Virus record (IMG/VR): IMGVR_UViG_3300021093_000053
Origin: an uncultured virus (IMG/VR IMGVR_UViG_3300021093_000053)
Lineage: Duplodnaviria; Heunggongvirae; Uroviricota; Caudoviricetes
DNA length: 64,000 nucleotides
Direction: 5' to 3' (one strand)
Of this stretch, positions 1 through 8,362 are shown one piece after another. How positions within the stretch are numbered: the stretch's first letter is position 1; the number at the start of each line of letters is the position of its first letter. The notes beneath the pieces are model-generated. The model saw nothing but the letters and a program-made list of their open reading frames with translations, was not told the origin of the DNA and ran no database searches. Both the position numbers and the translations under genes were made by a program.

Positions 1-171
1 TGTAAAGAATGTCCCCATCTTATTCGTAATCGTCATAATGATATGATTGTGGAGTTCGGAAAAAGAACTGGAAAAAAACACAACTGTCATATGACGGAAG
101 GAAAAAAAGATTTGTGGAATGTAACGGATAAAAAACATGAATGTTATGGAAGTAGAAATGACAACAGATAA
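1..171 (+). CDS. Partial (5'-truncated) small Cys/His-rich hypothetical protein
   Basis: Frame 1 reads CKECPHLIRNRHND...KHNCHM...HECYGSRNDNR* to TAA at 169-171; not in the ORF track because the start is outside the window. Confidence 0.6.
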   Translation, partial: CKECPHLIRNRHNDMIVEFGKRTGKKHNCHMTEGKKDLWNVTDKKHECYGSRNDNR

Positions 172-355
172 AAACGGAAGAGACATCAAAGTAGGTGACT
201 ATGTTAAGGTGGTTAATAGAATTACTGGCTCTGTAGAAGATTCTGGTGTGATTACCAAAATTGAAGGTAATTATCTTCATCTTGGTAATGGTAAGAATAT
301 TGACGGAATGGTAATTAGTGATGTTTATTTTAGAGACGAAGTAATTAAATGGTGA
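158..355 (+). CDS. Small hypothetical protein (possible SH3/KOW-like fold)
   Basis: ORF 137..355; ATG158 preferred because it reduces overlap with the upstream ORF; DKNGRDIKVGDYVKV pattern. Confidence 0.6.
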   Translation: MTTDKNGRDIKVGDYVKVVNRITGSVEDSGVITKIEGNYLHLGNGKNIDGMVISDVYFRDEVIKW

Positions 356-660
356 TGGGAGAAGTAAAAACTAAATTTGGAATATATACAATGGAAACAA
401 AAAGTAACACACAAATAAGTACAGATAAACTCGGAGTGTTTATTGAACGACTTAAAAAAATAGGAATAGATGTAAAACTATCAGGAAACTTTCCTTGGGT
501 TTATCTTGATGAAATCTGTGGTATAAGAGTTAAAGAAAATTTTCAAGCAAACCACGGATTTACTGTGATGTTTCTTCCAGGAAGAAATGACTCACCACCA
601 TCCGACTTTACAGACATTAAGGAAATTTTTAATTTAATAAAAAAATATACAAAAAAATAA
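349..660 (+). CDS. Hypothetical phage protein
   Basis: 103-aa ORF packed between co-directional neighbours. Confidence 0.65.
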   Translation: MVMGEVKTKFGIYTMETKSNTQISTDKLGVFIERLKKIGIDVKLSGNFPWVYLDEICGIRVKENFQANHGFTVMFLPGRNDSPPSDFTDIKEIFNLIKKYTKK

Positions 661-663
661 ATT

Positions 664-921
664 ATGAAAACATATCGTCAAAATCTCAATATATGGTTAG
701 AACAAAAAAAGAATAATACATCAAATGATGAAATCAAAGATGTATTATCTGAAATCCAAAAACATATTAAAAATATGGAAAAAGATGAAGAAGATATGGT
801 AAACTTAGCATATGATTCTGGATACCACGATAAAGAACTCAAAAGAACCAAAAAGGGTAACTACTACCAAAATTATTATAAATTACACGATAAACTCAAA
901 CAATTTGTAAAATTTAATTGA
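664..921 (+). CDS. Hypothetical phage protein
   Basis: 85-aa ORF starting 3 nt after the previous stop. Confidence 0.7.
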   Translation: MKTYRQNLNIWLEQKKNNTSNDEIKDVLSEIQKHIKNMEKDEEDMVNLAYDSGYHDKELKRTKKGNYYQNYYKLHDKLKQFVKFN

Positions 922-957
922 AATAAAAATTAAAACAAATCAATAATTAAATATAAT

Positions 958-1485
958 ATGGACTTATCAAAACTAACAATGAAGGAACTTATTTCTTTAA
1001 GAAATAAAATTGAAGGACTTATTCATTCATATGAAGATGGGTATATCTACATTTGCTCTGTTCGTCAGTTTGGTAGTGTTTGGGAAGAAAGACCTAAAAG
1101 TTTACATTCATTAAGGGAGCTTTGTAGCGAATATAATGGAGATAATGGTATTGTTGATGTATATACTAACAACCCAAATTTGAGGTTTCCTGAAATGGAA
1201 TTTTATAACTATGGGGATGTTATGTATATTCGTTCAGAAGGTGATTACAGACAATGGATTGAGTATACTAAAAGAAAAAACCTAATTGAGGATGTAACGA
1301 AACGACTTGATGAATGGGATGAGAGTAAAAATTTACCATTTAAATACCGTCCATCTTTTGCCCCAATATGGACAAGAGAAGATGTTAGTGAATGGGTTAC
1401 AGAATTTGAGAATGCAAATTGGGATTTTACCCCACCAAACTCAATGAAGTCGGATGATTTTAATGAAGATAATATAGAATCATAA
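958..1485 (+). CDS. Hypothetical phage protein
   Basis: 175-aa ORF with A-rich upstream region, abutting the next gene. Confidence 0.75.
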   Translation: MDLSKLTMKELISLRNKIEGLIHSYEDGYIYICSVRQFGSVWEERPKSLHSLRELCSEYNGDNGIVDVYTNNPNLRFPEMEFYNYGDVMYIRSEGDYRQWIEYTKRKNLIEDVTKRLDEWDESKNLPFKYRPSFAPIWTREDVSEWVTEFENANWDFTPPNSMKSDDFNEDNIES

Positions 1486-1486
1486 T

Positions 1487-2572
1487 ATGGAAAGAAAATT
1501 AGCAAGTGTTAGAGTTATCGGGGATATCCAAAGAATCCCTGATGCTGATATGATTGAATTGGCCATCGTTGATGGTTGGAAAGTTGTTGTTGCTAAGAAT
1601 GTTGGTCATAAGGTAGGTGATAAAGTTGTTTACTGTGAAATTGATTCATTCTTACCAATCAGAGACGAGTTTGAATTCTTAAGAAAGAGTTCACACAAAA
1701 AGATGGGTGACCAAGAAGGTTTCCGTTTAAAAACTATTAAACTTCGTGGTCAAGTATCACAAGGTTTAATTTTACCTTTATCTGTTTTAAAAACTACTGA
1801 TATTCCTATGATGACAACATCAAAACAAGAATGGGGTATTCAGTATGAAATGTTTGCAGAAGATGGTTTTCCTATGGTTGGAATTGGTGATGATGTTACT
1901 GAAATATTAGGTATTGTTAAATACGAACCACCAATCCCTGCAGAACTTACAGGAAAAGTAAAAGGATTGTTTCCATCTTTCTTACGTAAAACCGATGAAG
2001 AGAGAGTCCAAAACTTGGCTAAAGAATACCAAGGATACAGATTCACCTCCGCTCATAAATTCTACGTAACTGAAAAGTTGGACGGTTCTTCAGCAACATT
2101 TTACTTTAAAGATGGTGTATTTGGAGTGTGTTCTCGTAATTTAGAATTAACTGAAAGTGAAGGAAATACTTTTTGGAAAGTTGCTCGCGAATTAAAGTTA
2201 GAGGAATTATTAGGTGAATTAGATAACAATATCTGTTTGCAAGGTGAGTTAATTGGGGAAGGTATTCAAGGAAATCCGTACAAAATTAAAGGTCAAACAG
2301 TTCGATTCTTTAATGGTTTTAATATAGACACTCAAGAGAATATTCCATTTTTAGAGTTTGTTGAGTTAGTTCAAAAAATGAAATTAAAAACGGTTCCAAT
2401 ATTAGACTTTGAATTTAATTTACCTGACACGATTGATGATATGTTAGAATATGCCAACCAAAAGTCCGAATTAAATTCTAACTTTGATAGAGAAGGTGTG
2501 GTTGTTCGTTCTTACGATAGAAGAATTAGCTTTAAAGCAATTAGTAATAAATTTTTATTAAACGAAAAATAA
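1487..2572 (+). CDS. ATP-dependent RNA ligase, DRB0094/Rnl5 family
   Basis: N-terminal RKLASV..I..IPDAD.IE...VDGW.VV OB-type signature; motif I TEKLDGSS; QGELIGEGIQGN; REGVVVR; FKAISNKFLL. Confidence 0.9.
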   Translation: MERKLASVRVIGDIQRIPDADMIELAIVDGWKVVVAKNVGHKVGDKVVYCEIDSFLPIRDEFEFLRKSSHKKMGDQEGFRLKTIKLRGQVSQGLILPLSVLKTTDIPMMTTSKQEWGIQYEMFAEDGFPMVGIGDDVTEILGIVKYEPPIPAELTGKVKGLFPSFLRKTDEERVQNLAKEYQGYRFTSAHKFYVTEKLDGSSATFYFKDGVFGVCSRNLELTESEGNTFWKVARELKLEELLGELDNNICLQGELIGEGIQGNPYKIKGQTVRFFNGFNIDTQENIPFLEFVELVQKMKLKTVPILDFEFNLPDTIDDMLEYANQKSELNSNFDREGVVVRSYDRRISFKAISNKFLLNEK

Positions 2573-2575
2573 TAC

Positions 2576-2583
2576 TATATTTG
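2576..2583 (+). promoter_or_regulatory. Bacteroidota -7 promoter element (TATATTTG), 4 nt before the ATG at 2588
   Basis: Exact TAnnTTTG match directly upstream of the start codon. Confidence 0.5.
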
Positions 2584-2587
2584 CAAC

Positions 2588-3640
2588 ATGTTAGAATTGT
2601 TGAACAAATATTACGAGGATGGGTTGGTGACAAAACAAGTTCATCCAACTCTTCCTTTGTCTATATGGAACTACACCCCAAAAGTACAATATGGTCTTTT
2701 ATATAATCAATACGCTTTATGGGATGAGGTAACTACTCAAGCAAGAGGTTTAGTTGTTGATGAAAATAGTAACGTTGTTGCAAGACCATTTAAAAAATTT
2801 TTTAATATAGAAGAAAAAAGATTCACACCAACTAAAGAATTTGATGTGTATGAAAAAATGGATGGTTCTTTAGGTATATTATTTAACTATGAAGGTGAAT
2901 GGATATTTGCATCTAAAGGTTCTTTTACTTCAGACCAATCAGCCGAATTCAAAAAAATATTTGATGAAAAATATTCGACTAATTTATTAGACTTTTCTTG
3001 TACTTATTTGTTTGAAATATTATATCCTGAAAATAGAATAGTGGTTAACTATGGTGATTTAAGAGATGTGGTATTATTAGGTAAAATAGTAACTGAGTCT
3101 GGTGAAGAACTTGACGTGGAATCATATCGGAATAACTTTAATGTTGTTAAAAAATATGATGGAATAACTGATTACACTTTTTTGAAAAAAATGGTTGCCG
3201 ATAACCATGAAGGTTTTATAGTAAAATTTTTTAATGGAAATAGAATAAAAGTGAAAGGAGAAGAATATCTTCGATTACATAAAATAATGACTAACATATC
3301 AACTACTTCTGTTTGGGAAGTTTTAAGTAATCAAGGAGATATAGGTGAATTATTAAATGATGTTCCTGATGAATTTTATGATAAGATAAAATCTTATGAA
3401 AAGGATTTAAAATACCATTTTCATCAAATAAATGAGTATTGTGGTAAACTACATGATGGTTTTAGATATGGTAAGTATGGTGATGTTGACCCTGAACCAA
3501 CTAAAAAAGAATTTGCAGAATTTGTTATGAGAAATGTAACAAAAACTGGTTTACGTCCTGTACTATTTGCTATGTGGGATAAAAAACCATATGACTACAT
3601 AATATGGAGATTATTAAAACCTGAGTTTAGAAAACTATAA
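2588..3640 (+). CDS. T4 Rnl1 (RnlA)-like RNA ligase
   Basis: ARGLV...VARPFKKFFN; motif I YEKMDGSLG; ASKGSFTS; FEILYPENRIVV; EGFIV; KVKGEEY. Confidence 0.88.
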   Translation: MLELLNKYYEDGLVTKQVHPTLPLSIWNYTPKVQYGLLYNQYALWDEVTTQARGLVVDENSNVVARPFKKFFNIEEKRFTPTKEFDVYEKMDGSLGILFNYEGEWIFASKGSFTSDQSAEFKKIFDEKYSTNLLDFSCTYLFEILYPENRIVVNYGDLRDVVLLGKIVTESGEELDVESYRNNFNVVKKYDGITDYTFLKKMVADNHEGFIVKFFNGNRIKVKGEEYLRLHKIMTNISTTSVWEVLSNQGDIGELLNDVPDEFYDKIKSYEKDLKYHFHQINEYCGKLHDGFRYGKYGDVDPEPTKKEFAEFVMRNVTKTGLRPVLFAMWDKKPYDYIIWRLLKPEFRKL

Positions 3641-3672
3641 AAGTATGACGAAAAGTCATACTTTTTTTTTTT
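3641..3672 (+). terminator. Rho-independent terminator
   Basis: AAGTATGAC-gaaaa-GTCATACTT stem followed by a long T run. Confidence 0.85.
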
Positions 3673-3702
3673 ATAAAGTATTTATTAAGTAAAATTACTT
3701 AA

Positions 3703-4311
3703 ATGGTTAGTATAGAAATTATTGTTGCCTTTATTACAGGTATATTTGGACCTTTAACGGTTATATTTATAAGACATTTATTAGAAAAAAATAAGAAAAA
3801 ACCTGACATGGTTCATGATACACTTAGAGTCAGTGAATTAATAAATCAAAAAATAGAACACATTAGAGAAGAGTTTAATGCCGATAGAGTATGGGTTACA
3901 CAATTTCATAATGGAGGTAATTTCTACCCGACAGGAAAATCTATGGCTAAGTTTTCAGTTATGTATGAATCTGTAGGTTCAGGAGCGTCATCCGTACAGT
4001 CAAATTTTCATAACATACCCGTTAATCTATTTTCAAAATCAATAAATCAGTTATTACATAACGATGTTATAGAAATTCCTGATTATAAAGACGAATCAAT
4101 TGCAACATATGGTTTAAAATATATTGCGGAAGATACGGGATGTAAATCAGGTTATCTATTAGCAATAAAAACAATTGATGACAAATTTATTGGTACATTA
4201 GGTTTAGACTTTATCAAGAAAAAAACTAAGCTTGATATAGAATCTATAAATCATTTAGAAGTTCACGCATCTCAAATAGGAGGCGTTTTAATGACCCATT
4301 TAGAACAATAA
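3703..4311 (+). CDS. Single-TM GAF-like domain protein, possible T4 T-type holin
   Basis: N-terminal hydrophobic helix, then ADRVWVTQFHNGG...IGTLGLDF GAF-like pattern; lies upstream of a muralytic peptidase gene. Confidence 0.5.
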   Translation: MVSIEIIVAFITGIFGPLTVIFIRHLLEKNKKKPDMVHDTLRVSELINQKIEHIREEFNADRVWVTQFHNGGNFYPTGKSMAKFSVMYESVGSGASSVQSNFHNIPVNLFSKSINQLLHNDVIEIPDYKDESIATYGLKYIAEDTGCKSGYLLAIKTIDDKFIGTLGLDFIKKKTKLDIESINHLEVHASQIGGVLMTHLEQ

Positions 4312-4335
4312 AATAAATCTCTATATTTATTAGAG

Positions 4336-5544
4336 ATGATAATTTATATTTTAGAAGGACCACAATTAGTAGATACTTCAAAGTACACAGGTATTAATTT
4401 TAAAGATAGAGTAGTTGGTAGTAGTACACCATCTAAAGACAAAATTAATCCATCTTTATTAGCTGATGTTGACAAAGCTGCAATAATCGCGGGCACCAAA
4501 GCAAGTGTTACAACTGCGGTTACAGGGCACAGACCTGGGTCAAGACACAATCCTGGAGGTTTGGCGGTTGATTTGGCGATGTTTGATGGTAAGGGTTATG
4601 GTAGTAAAGAGGATGCTAAAAAGAAAGGTATATATGATAAAATAGAAAAATTTGTCAAAGCCTTAGAAAGTATGGGTTATAAGGTAAATTCAGAAAGGGG
4701 GAATGACAAGGCTGTTTTATGGTTTGGTTTTCCTAATCACCATCATCATGTTCATGTCTCAAGACTATCGGATGATGGAACCTCAACTTCATCTTCATCC
4801 TCATCAGAAGATTCTGATAACAATTCCGATGATAGTAGTGAAACTACAAAAACAACAACCTCACCACCTCCAACAGACAGTAAACCAAAGGGTTTGGATT
4901 TCAACACCCTTGGGTTGATTAGTGCTTTAGGTAGATTATCCGAAAACAAAAAAAATAAAAACATGGGTAGATTATTAAATGAAATAGAAAAAATTAATAG
5001 GATTAATAAAGTAGTTATTTCCGAAGGTGCTTTACAAGTTTCTTATCCTAAGATTGTTTTTACACCGTCTGAATCAAATTTCCAAAATACAAATAAAAAT
5101 CTTTTAACTGATTTAAATTCAATTGGGTCTGAAAAAAATATTACGGTAAATATAACTGGCAGTACTCCCGATTCTGTATATGTAATTTTAAATGATGTTA
5201 TAAAAAGTAAATTAACTGAAAAAGGATACGGAGGCGGTAAAACTCAAAACCCTAATAAATATTATATGGATTATAATGGGTCAATTTACGTGTTTAATAA
5301 CACAGTTACTTCACAAACTACGGATTCGGCAACAACCACAACAACAACTAAATCATCAACGAGCTCAACAACTAATACAACAACTTTAAAAATAGATACT
5401 AGTAGTGCTCAAACGGCTGCCGATTCATTAATTGATTCTGTATTAAGTGGTTTTGTGGCACCATTCGCAACTTCTGAAAGTGTTGGTAATAAAAAAGAAA
5501 AACTTCTAAATGAGATTAATCGTATTAAAAAAAATATGATATAA
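4336..5544 (+). CDS. M15-type Zn peptidase domain protein with Ser/Thr-rich linkers
   Basis: SRHNPGGLAVDL and HHHHVHVS match the SxH..G.A.D / HxH signature of M15-like peptidases. Confidence 0.7.
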   Translation: MIIYILEGPQLVDTSKYTGINFKDRVVGSSTPSKDKINPSLLADVDKAAIIAGTKASVTTAVTGHRPGSRHNPGGLAVDLAMFDGKGYGSKEDAKKKGIYDKIEKFVKALESMGYKVNSERGNDKAVLWFGFPNHHHHVHVSRLSDDGTSTSSSSSSEDSDNNSDDSSETTKTTTSPPPTDSKPKGLDFNTLGLISALGRLSENKKNKNMGRLLNEIEKINRINKVVISEGALQVSYPKIVFTPSESNFQNTNKNLLTDLNSIGSEKNITVNITGSTPDSVYVILNDVIKSKLTEKGYGGGKTQNPNKYYMDYNGSIYVFNNTVTSQTTDSATTTTTTKSSTSSTTNTTTLKIDTSSAQTAADSLIDSVLSGFVAPFATSESVGNKKEKLLNEINRIKKNMI

Positions 5545-5575
5545 AAAACCCCACCTTTCGATGGGGATAACCAAA

Positions 5576-5734
5576 TTACTTAGTTTTTACCGTGTCTACT
5601 TTGTTTGTAGCAGTTGAGTCAACAACTTCACTTGTTGTACTTACACTGTCAGTTGCAGGAACTTCGTTTGAAGTTGCTCCACCTCCGCATGATGCTAACA
5701 AAACAATAAGACCACCAAAAATTAACTTTTTCAT
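5576..5734 (-). CDS. Small lipoprotein (52 aa), not in the ORF track
   Basis: Reads MKKLIFGGLIVLLASCGGGATSNEVPATDSVSTTSEVVDSTATNKVDTVKTK*; signal peptide II with lipobox LASC. Confidence 0.85.
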   Translation of the reverse strand: MKKLIFGGLIVLLASCGGGATSNEVPATDSVSTTSEVVDSTATNKVDTVKTK

Positions 5735-5880
5735 ATTATTTATTGTTTTAGATACAATAAATATAGGTTTAATGTTTATAAATCAATAACCAATTAATTA
5801 ATTTTTATTAAATTAATATAGAAACCAATATTTCCGAAATGACTGTTTCGGAACTTTTTTATTTTTTTTTTCTTAAAGTA

Positions 5881-5946
5881 CTTGTCAGAAAGAAAAAAAT
5901 GTTTAACTTTGTAAAACAAATCAGAAATAACTGATAACGTTCTTTT
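5881..5946 (+). promoter_or_regulatory. Host-type promoter P1 with hairpin and boxA-like leader
   Basis: TTG (5882-5884), 19 nt, TAACTTTG (5904-5911); ATCAG-aaataa-CTGAT hairpin; then AACGTTCTTTT. Confidence 0.75.
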
Positions 5947-5981
5947 AAATAATTTAGTATTAACTTTTAAAAACTCGAAAA

Positions 5982-6146
5982 ATGAGTGAAGGGACACAAG
6001 TTCTTGATAACTTGATTTTTTCCTACATTGGAAAAAACGGTGTTAGGTACCACACCCCAAATCCAAATTTAGCACAGGCACGTGCTAATTTTTACGAGAC
6101 ATACACTGTCTACGTAACTAAAGTGGAAGAGGTAGAGGGAAAATGA
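5982..6146 (+). CDS. Small hypothetical protein (54 aa), not in the ORF track
   Basis: MSEGTQVLDNLIFSYIGKNGVRYHTPNPNLAQARANFYETYTVYVTKVEEVEGK*; A-rich start context; fills the gap between P1 and P2. Confidence 0.65.
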   Translation: MSEGTQVLDNLIFSYIGKNGVRYHTPNPNLAQARANFYETYTVYVTKVEEVEGK

Positions 6147-6163
6147 AAAAAGTTAACAAAGTA

Positions 6164-6194
6164 CTTGACAATTAAAAAAAATTGTTTAACTTTG
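6164..6194 (+). promoter_or_regulatory. Host-type promoter P2
   Basis: TTG (6165-6167), 19 nt, TAACTTTG (6187-6194). Confidence 0.75.
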
Positions 6195-6270
6195 TAAAAC
6201 CTTTCAGATAAAGGTTGGAATTACCGTAAAACAAAGGTCTCCTAAATCTGAAAAAAAAAGTAGAGAAAAA

Positions 6271-6340
6271 TTTGGAAGTTTAAAAAATTGTTCTTAACTT
6301 TGTAAAACAAATCGGAAACGTCCGATAACGTTCTTTGAAA
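6271..6340 (+). promoter_or_regulatory. Host-type promoter P3 with hairpin and boxA-like leader
   Basis: TTTG (6271-6274), 20 nt, TAACTTTG (6295-6302); ATCGGA-aacg-TCCGAT hairpin; GTTCTTTGAAA (6330-6340). Confidence 0.8.
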
Positions 6341-6399
6341 TTTTAGATATCCATTCAGGAGTAGATTAAAATCTTAGGATTTGAAACTGAAACTGATAA

Positions 6400-7216
6400 A
6401 GATATTGGGCCGTATATAGTCCATAAAATAAACCTCGAAAGGGGGATAAAGTGGAACCATCAGTGTTAGTGGTTCTGCGGTTTGGGAAACCGAACTCGAG
6501 TATACAAGTGGGATATCAGTGAGCCTGTAGTACCGAGGATAACTTCGTAGGGAAATGGAAAACTGAATAGGCAATGTGGATTGTCTGTTTGAGGTGGGAA
6601 CACCAATAAGAATAACCCATAGGAATCAAGTGAGAAATGTATTTCCAAATACATGATTGCGGGTTCCAATATGAGAGGTGACTTAAAACCGAAGGGGTAA
6701 TACCTGAAGGTAAGATAGAGAACGAGTGGTGTCGCTACTATCCTTACCACAGACCCACCAAGGTCTTGGTACGAAGTAATCTTAAAATATGGAGGTAGGG
6801 ATATCTCACGGAGTAGTATAGTATTCTGTTTCTCAAAAGGAAATGGAGCTTAAGGTGGACCACTACTTCGATTCATCCACGACACAAAAACTTTACTATT
6901 ATTGAAGTAACATTTAAGAACATAAAGGAAAAGTGTCCATCAGGTTTTGGTGAAAGGTGACTACATAGTAATGAGCCGTTCATTGCACACAAGGACCCCA
7001 AGTCTGAGTGTAGTTTTACCAAAGACCTCTAGTCCCGCAAGGATTTATTGGGGAGGCATCCTCGAAGAGAGTTGAGTAATAAGAGAGTAACCAAAATCTC
7101 AAGGAGTGGTAAACCTAAAAGACCGTCACTGAGGAATACTTCTTAAAAGGAAGTGGATAAGAGTAGAAACAATAATGACTCTAAAGGTTCTCAATTAACA
7201 GGTGTAATCTCAGCCT
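6400..7216 (+). ncRNA. Large (~820 nt) structured ncRNA, probably GOLLD RNA; 5' end approximate
   Basis: GC-richer than the genome with no credible ORF; many hairpins (CCTC-GAAA-GGGG 6433-6444, ATGTATTT/AAATACAT 6637-6654, GGTAAGATAG/CTATCCTTACC 6709-6748); terminal hairpin whose CTCAG can pair with CTGAG near 7129; T run at the end; size and phage tRNA-adjacent context fit GOLLD. Confidence 0.7.
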
Positions 7217-7284
7217 TTTTTTAGCTATACATTGTTAAACGTAAAAAGGTAGTTCGTTAGTTTAAAAATGATATATTTATATAT

Positions 7285-7821
7285 ATGAAATATACAATTT
7301 ACAAAATTACAAATACGTTAAATAACAAAATTTACATAGGTAAGCACCAAACAGAAAATATTAATGATAGTTATTTTGGTTCTGGTGTTTTATTAGAGAA
7401 AGCAATAAAGAAATACGGTAAAAAATTTTTCACTAAAGAAATTTTGTTCATATTCAATACCGAGAATGAAATGGATTTAAAAGAACGAGAGATAGTTACC
7501 GAAGAATTCATTAAAAGGAAAGATACATATAATAAATCCTTGGGGGGTGAAGGAGGTTCTAATTTCAAAGGAAAAAAACATACTAATGAAACTAAACAAA
7601 AATTATCAGATATTAGTAAAGGTAGAATTTTTTCTGAAGAAACAAGAAATAAAATTTCTGAAGGAAATAGAAAAAGAGTTCTTAGTGAAAGTACAAAACT
7701 AAAACTTTCCGAAAAGGCGAAATTAAGATTTCAAAATGAAGAAACGAGAAAAAAACATTCTGAAATAATGAAACAGTATTATACAAAAAATATCGTGGTG
7801 GTTTCCAGCTCGGTCTCATAA
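7285..7821 (+). CDS. GIY-YIG homing endonuclease (Seg-like) with NUMOD3-type repeats
   Basis: TIYKITNTLNNKIYIGKH...YFGSG..L..AIKKYG; YN...GG; KGKKHTNETKQKLS / SEETRNKIS repeats. Confidence 0.9.
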   Translation: MKYTIYKITNTLNNKIYIGKHQTENINDSYFGSGVLLEKAIKKYGKKFFTKEILFIFNTENEMDLKEREIVTEEFIKRKDTYNKSLGGEGGSNFKGKKHTNETKQKLSDISKGRIFSEETRNKISEGNRKRVLSESTKLKLSEKAKLRFQNEETRKKHSEIMKQYYTKNIVVVSSSVS

Positions 7822-7855
7822 GCCGAATACGGGGGTTCGAGTCCCTCACCCGCTA
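7795..7855 (+). pseudogene. 5'-truncated tRNA-Met(CAT) remnant
   Basis: Anticodon arm TCGGT-CTCATAA-GCCGA (CAT 7817-7819), T arm GGGGG-TTCGAGT-CCCTC and 3' acceptor strand ACCCGCT-A are present; the complementary 5' acceptor strand is absent. Confidence 0.75.
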
Positions 7856-8231
7856 CTAAGTGACTCCAAACAAATGATAGGTCGGTAATTAACGATATCC
7901 CGTGAAGTTATGAGTATAAACTAACCTTCAAAATTCTCGTAAAGGTTTTTGGTGATTGTTCTGTAGTTGATAACGACCAATTTTAATCCTTAAAAATTAA
8001 TAAAAAATGAATTCTACCTTGAGGTGTCAATCCAAAGACTGAAGAAGTTTGAGAAAAAAATTGGTAAGGGACCTCTTTTTAGATGTGGGTACTATGATAA
8101 CCACAGTGTTTAGGTCTTAAAACGGAAAACACATAAAACAAATAGTCGTGAATACTAGTCACCACCCAACGTCACAGGGTTCTGTAGTTGTCTCACTAAC
8201 AACTCGGTAGGTTTAGATTCCTAGGACAAAC

Positions 8232-8277
8232 AAGAGGGAAGAACTAACGTAATGTTAAATTCTTCCCTCTTTTTTTT
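8232..8277 (+). terminator. Rho-independent terminator
   Basis: AAGAGGGAAGAA ... TTCTTCCCTCTT stem plus T run. Confidence 0.85.
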
Positions 8278-8362
8278 ATTTTATATTAATTCATAAGGTA
8301 GACTTGCTCATTCAAAACATTATTGTGACAACTTTTAAATCTTAGTTTTTGTATTTATTATT

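Noticed and set aside
5592..5997. ORFs 5592..5789 (+) and 5794..5997 (-)
   Set aside because: The first is the antisense shadow of the lipoprotein gene; the second spans the promoter region and has low-complexity composition
6374..6750. Minus-strand ORFs 6374..6574 and 6466..6750
   Set aside because: Atypical composition, antisense to the promoter-driven structured RNA; better explained as non-coding
6400..7216. rRNA fragment or RNase P RNA
   Set aside because: No universal 16S/23S or RNase P (GAGGAAAGUCC) signature seen despite the rrn-like leader
6400..7855. Group I intron encoding the GIY-YIG, or a split tRNA using GCGGGT at about 6659 as the missing 5' acceptor strand
   Set aside because: No recognisable group I core or exon junction; the RNA ends in a hairpin plus T run before the endonuclease; a 6-nt match is expected by chance
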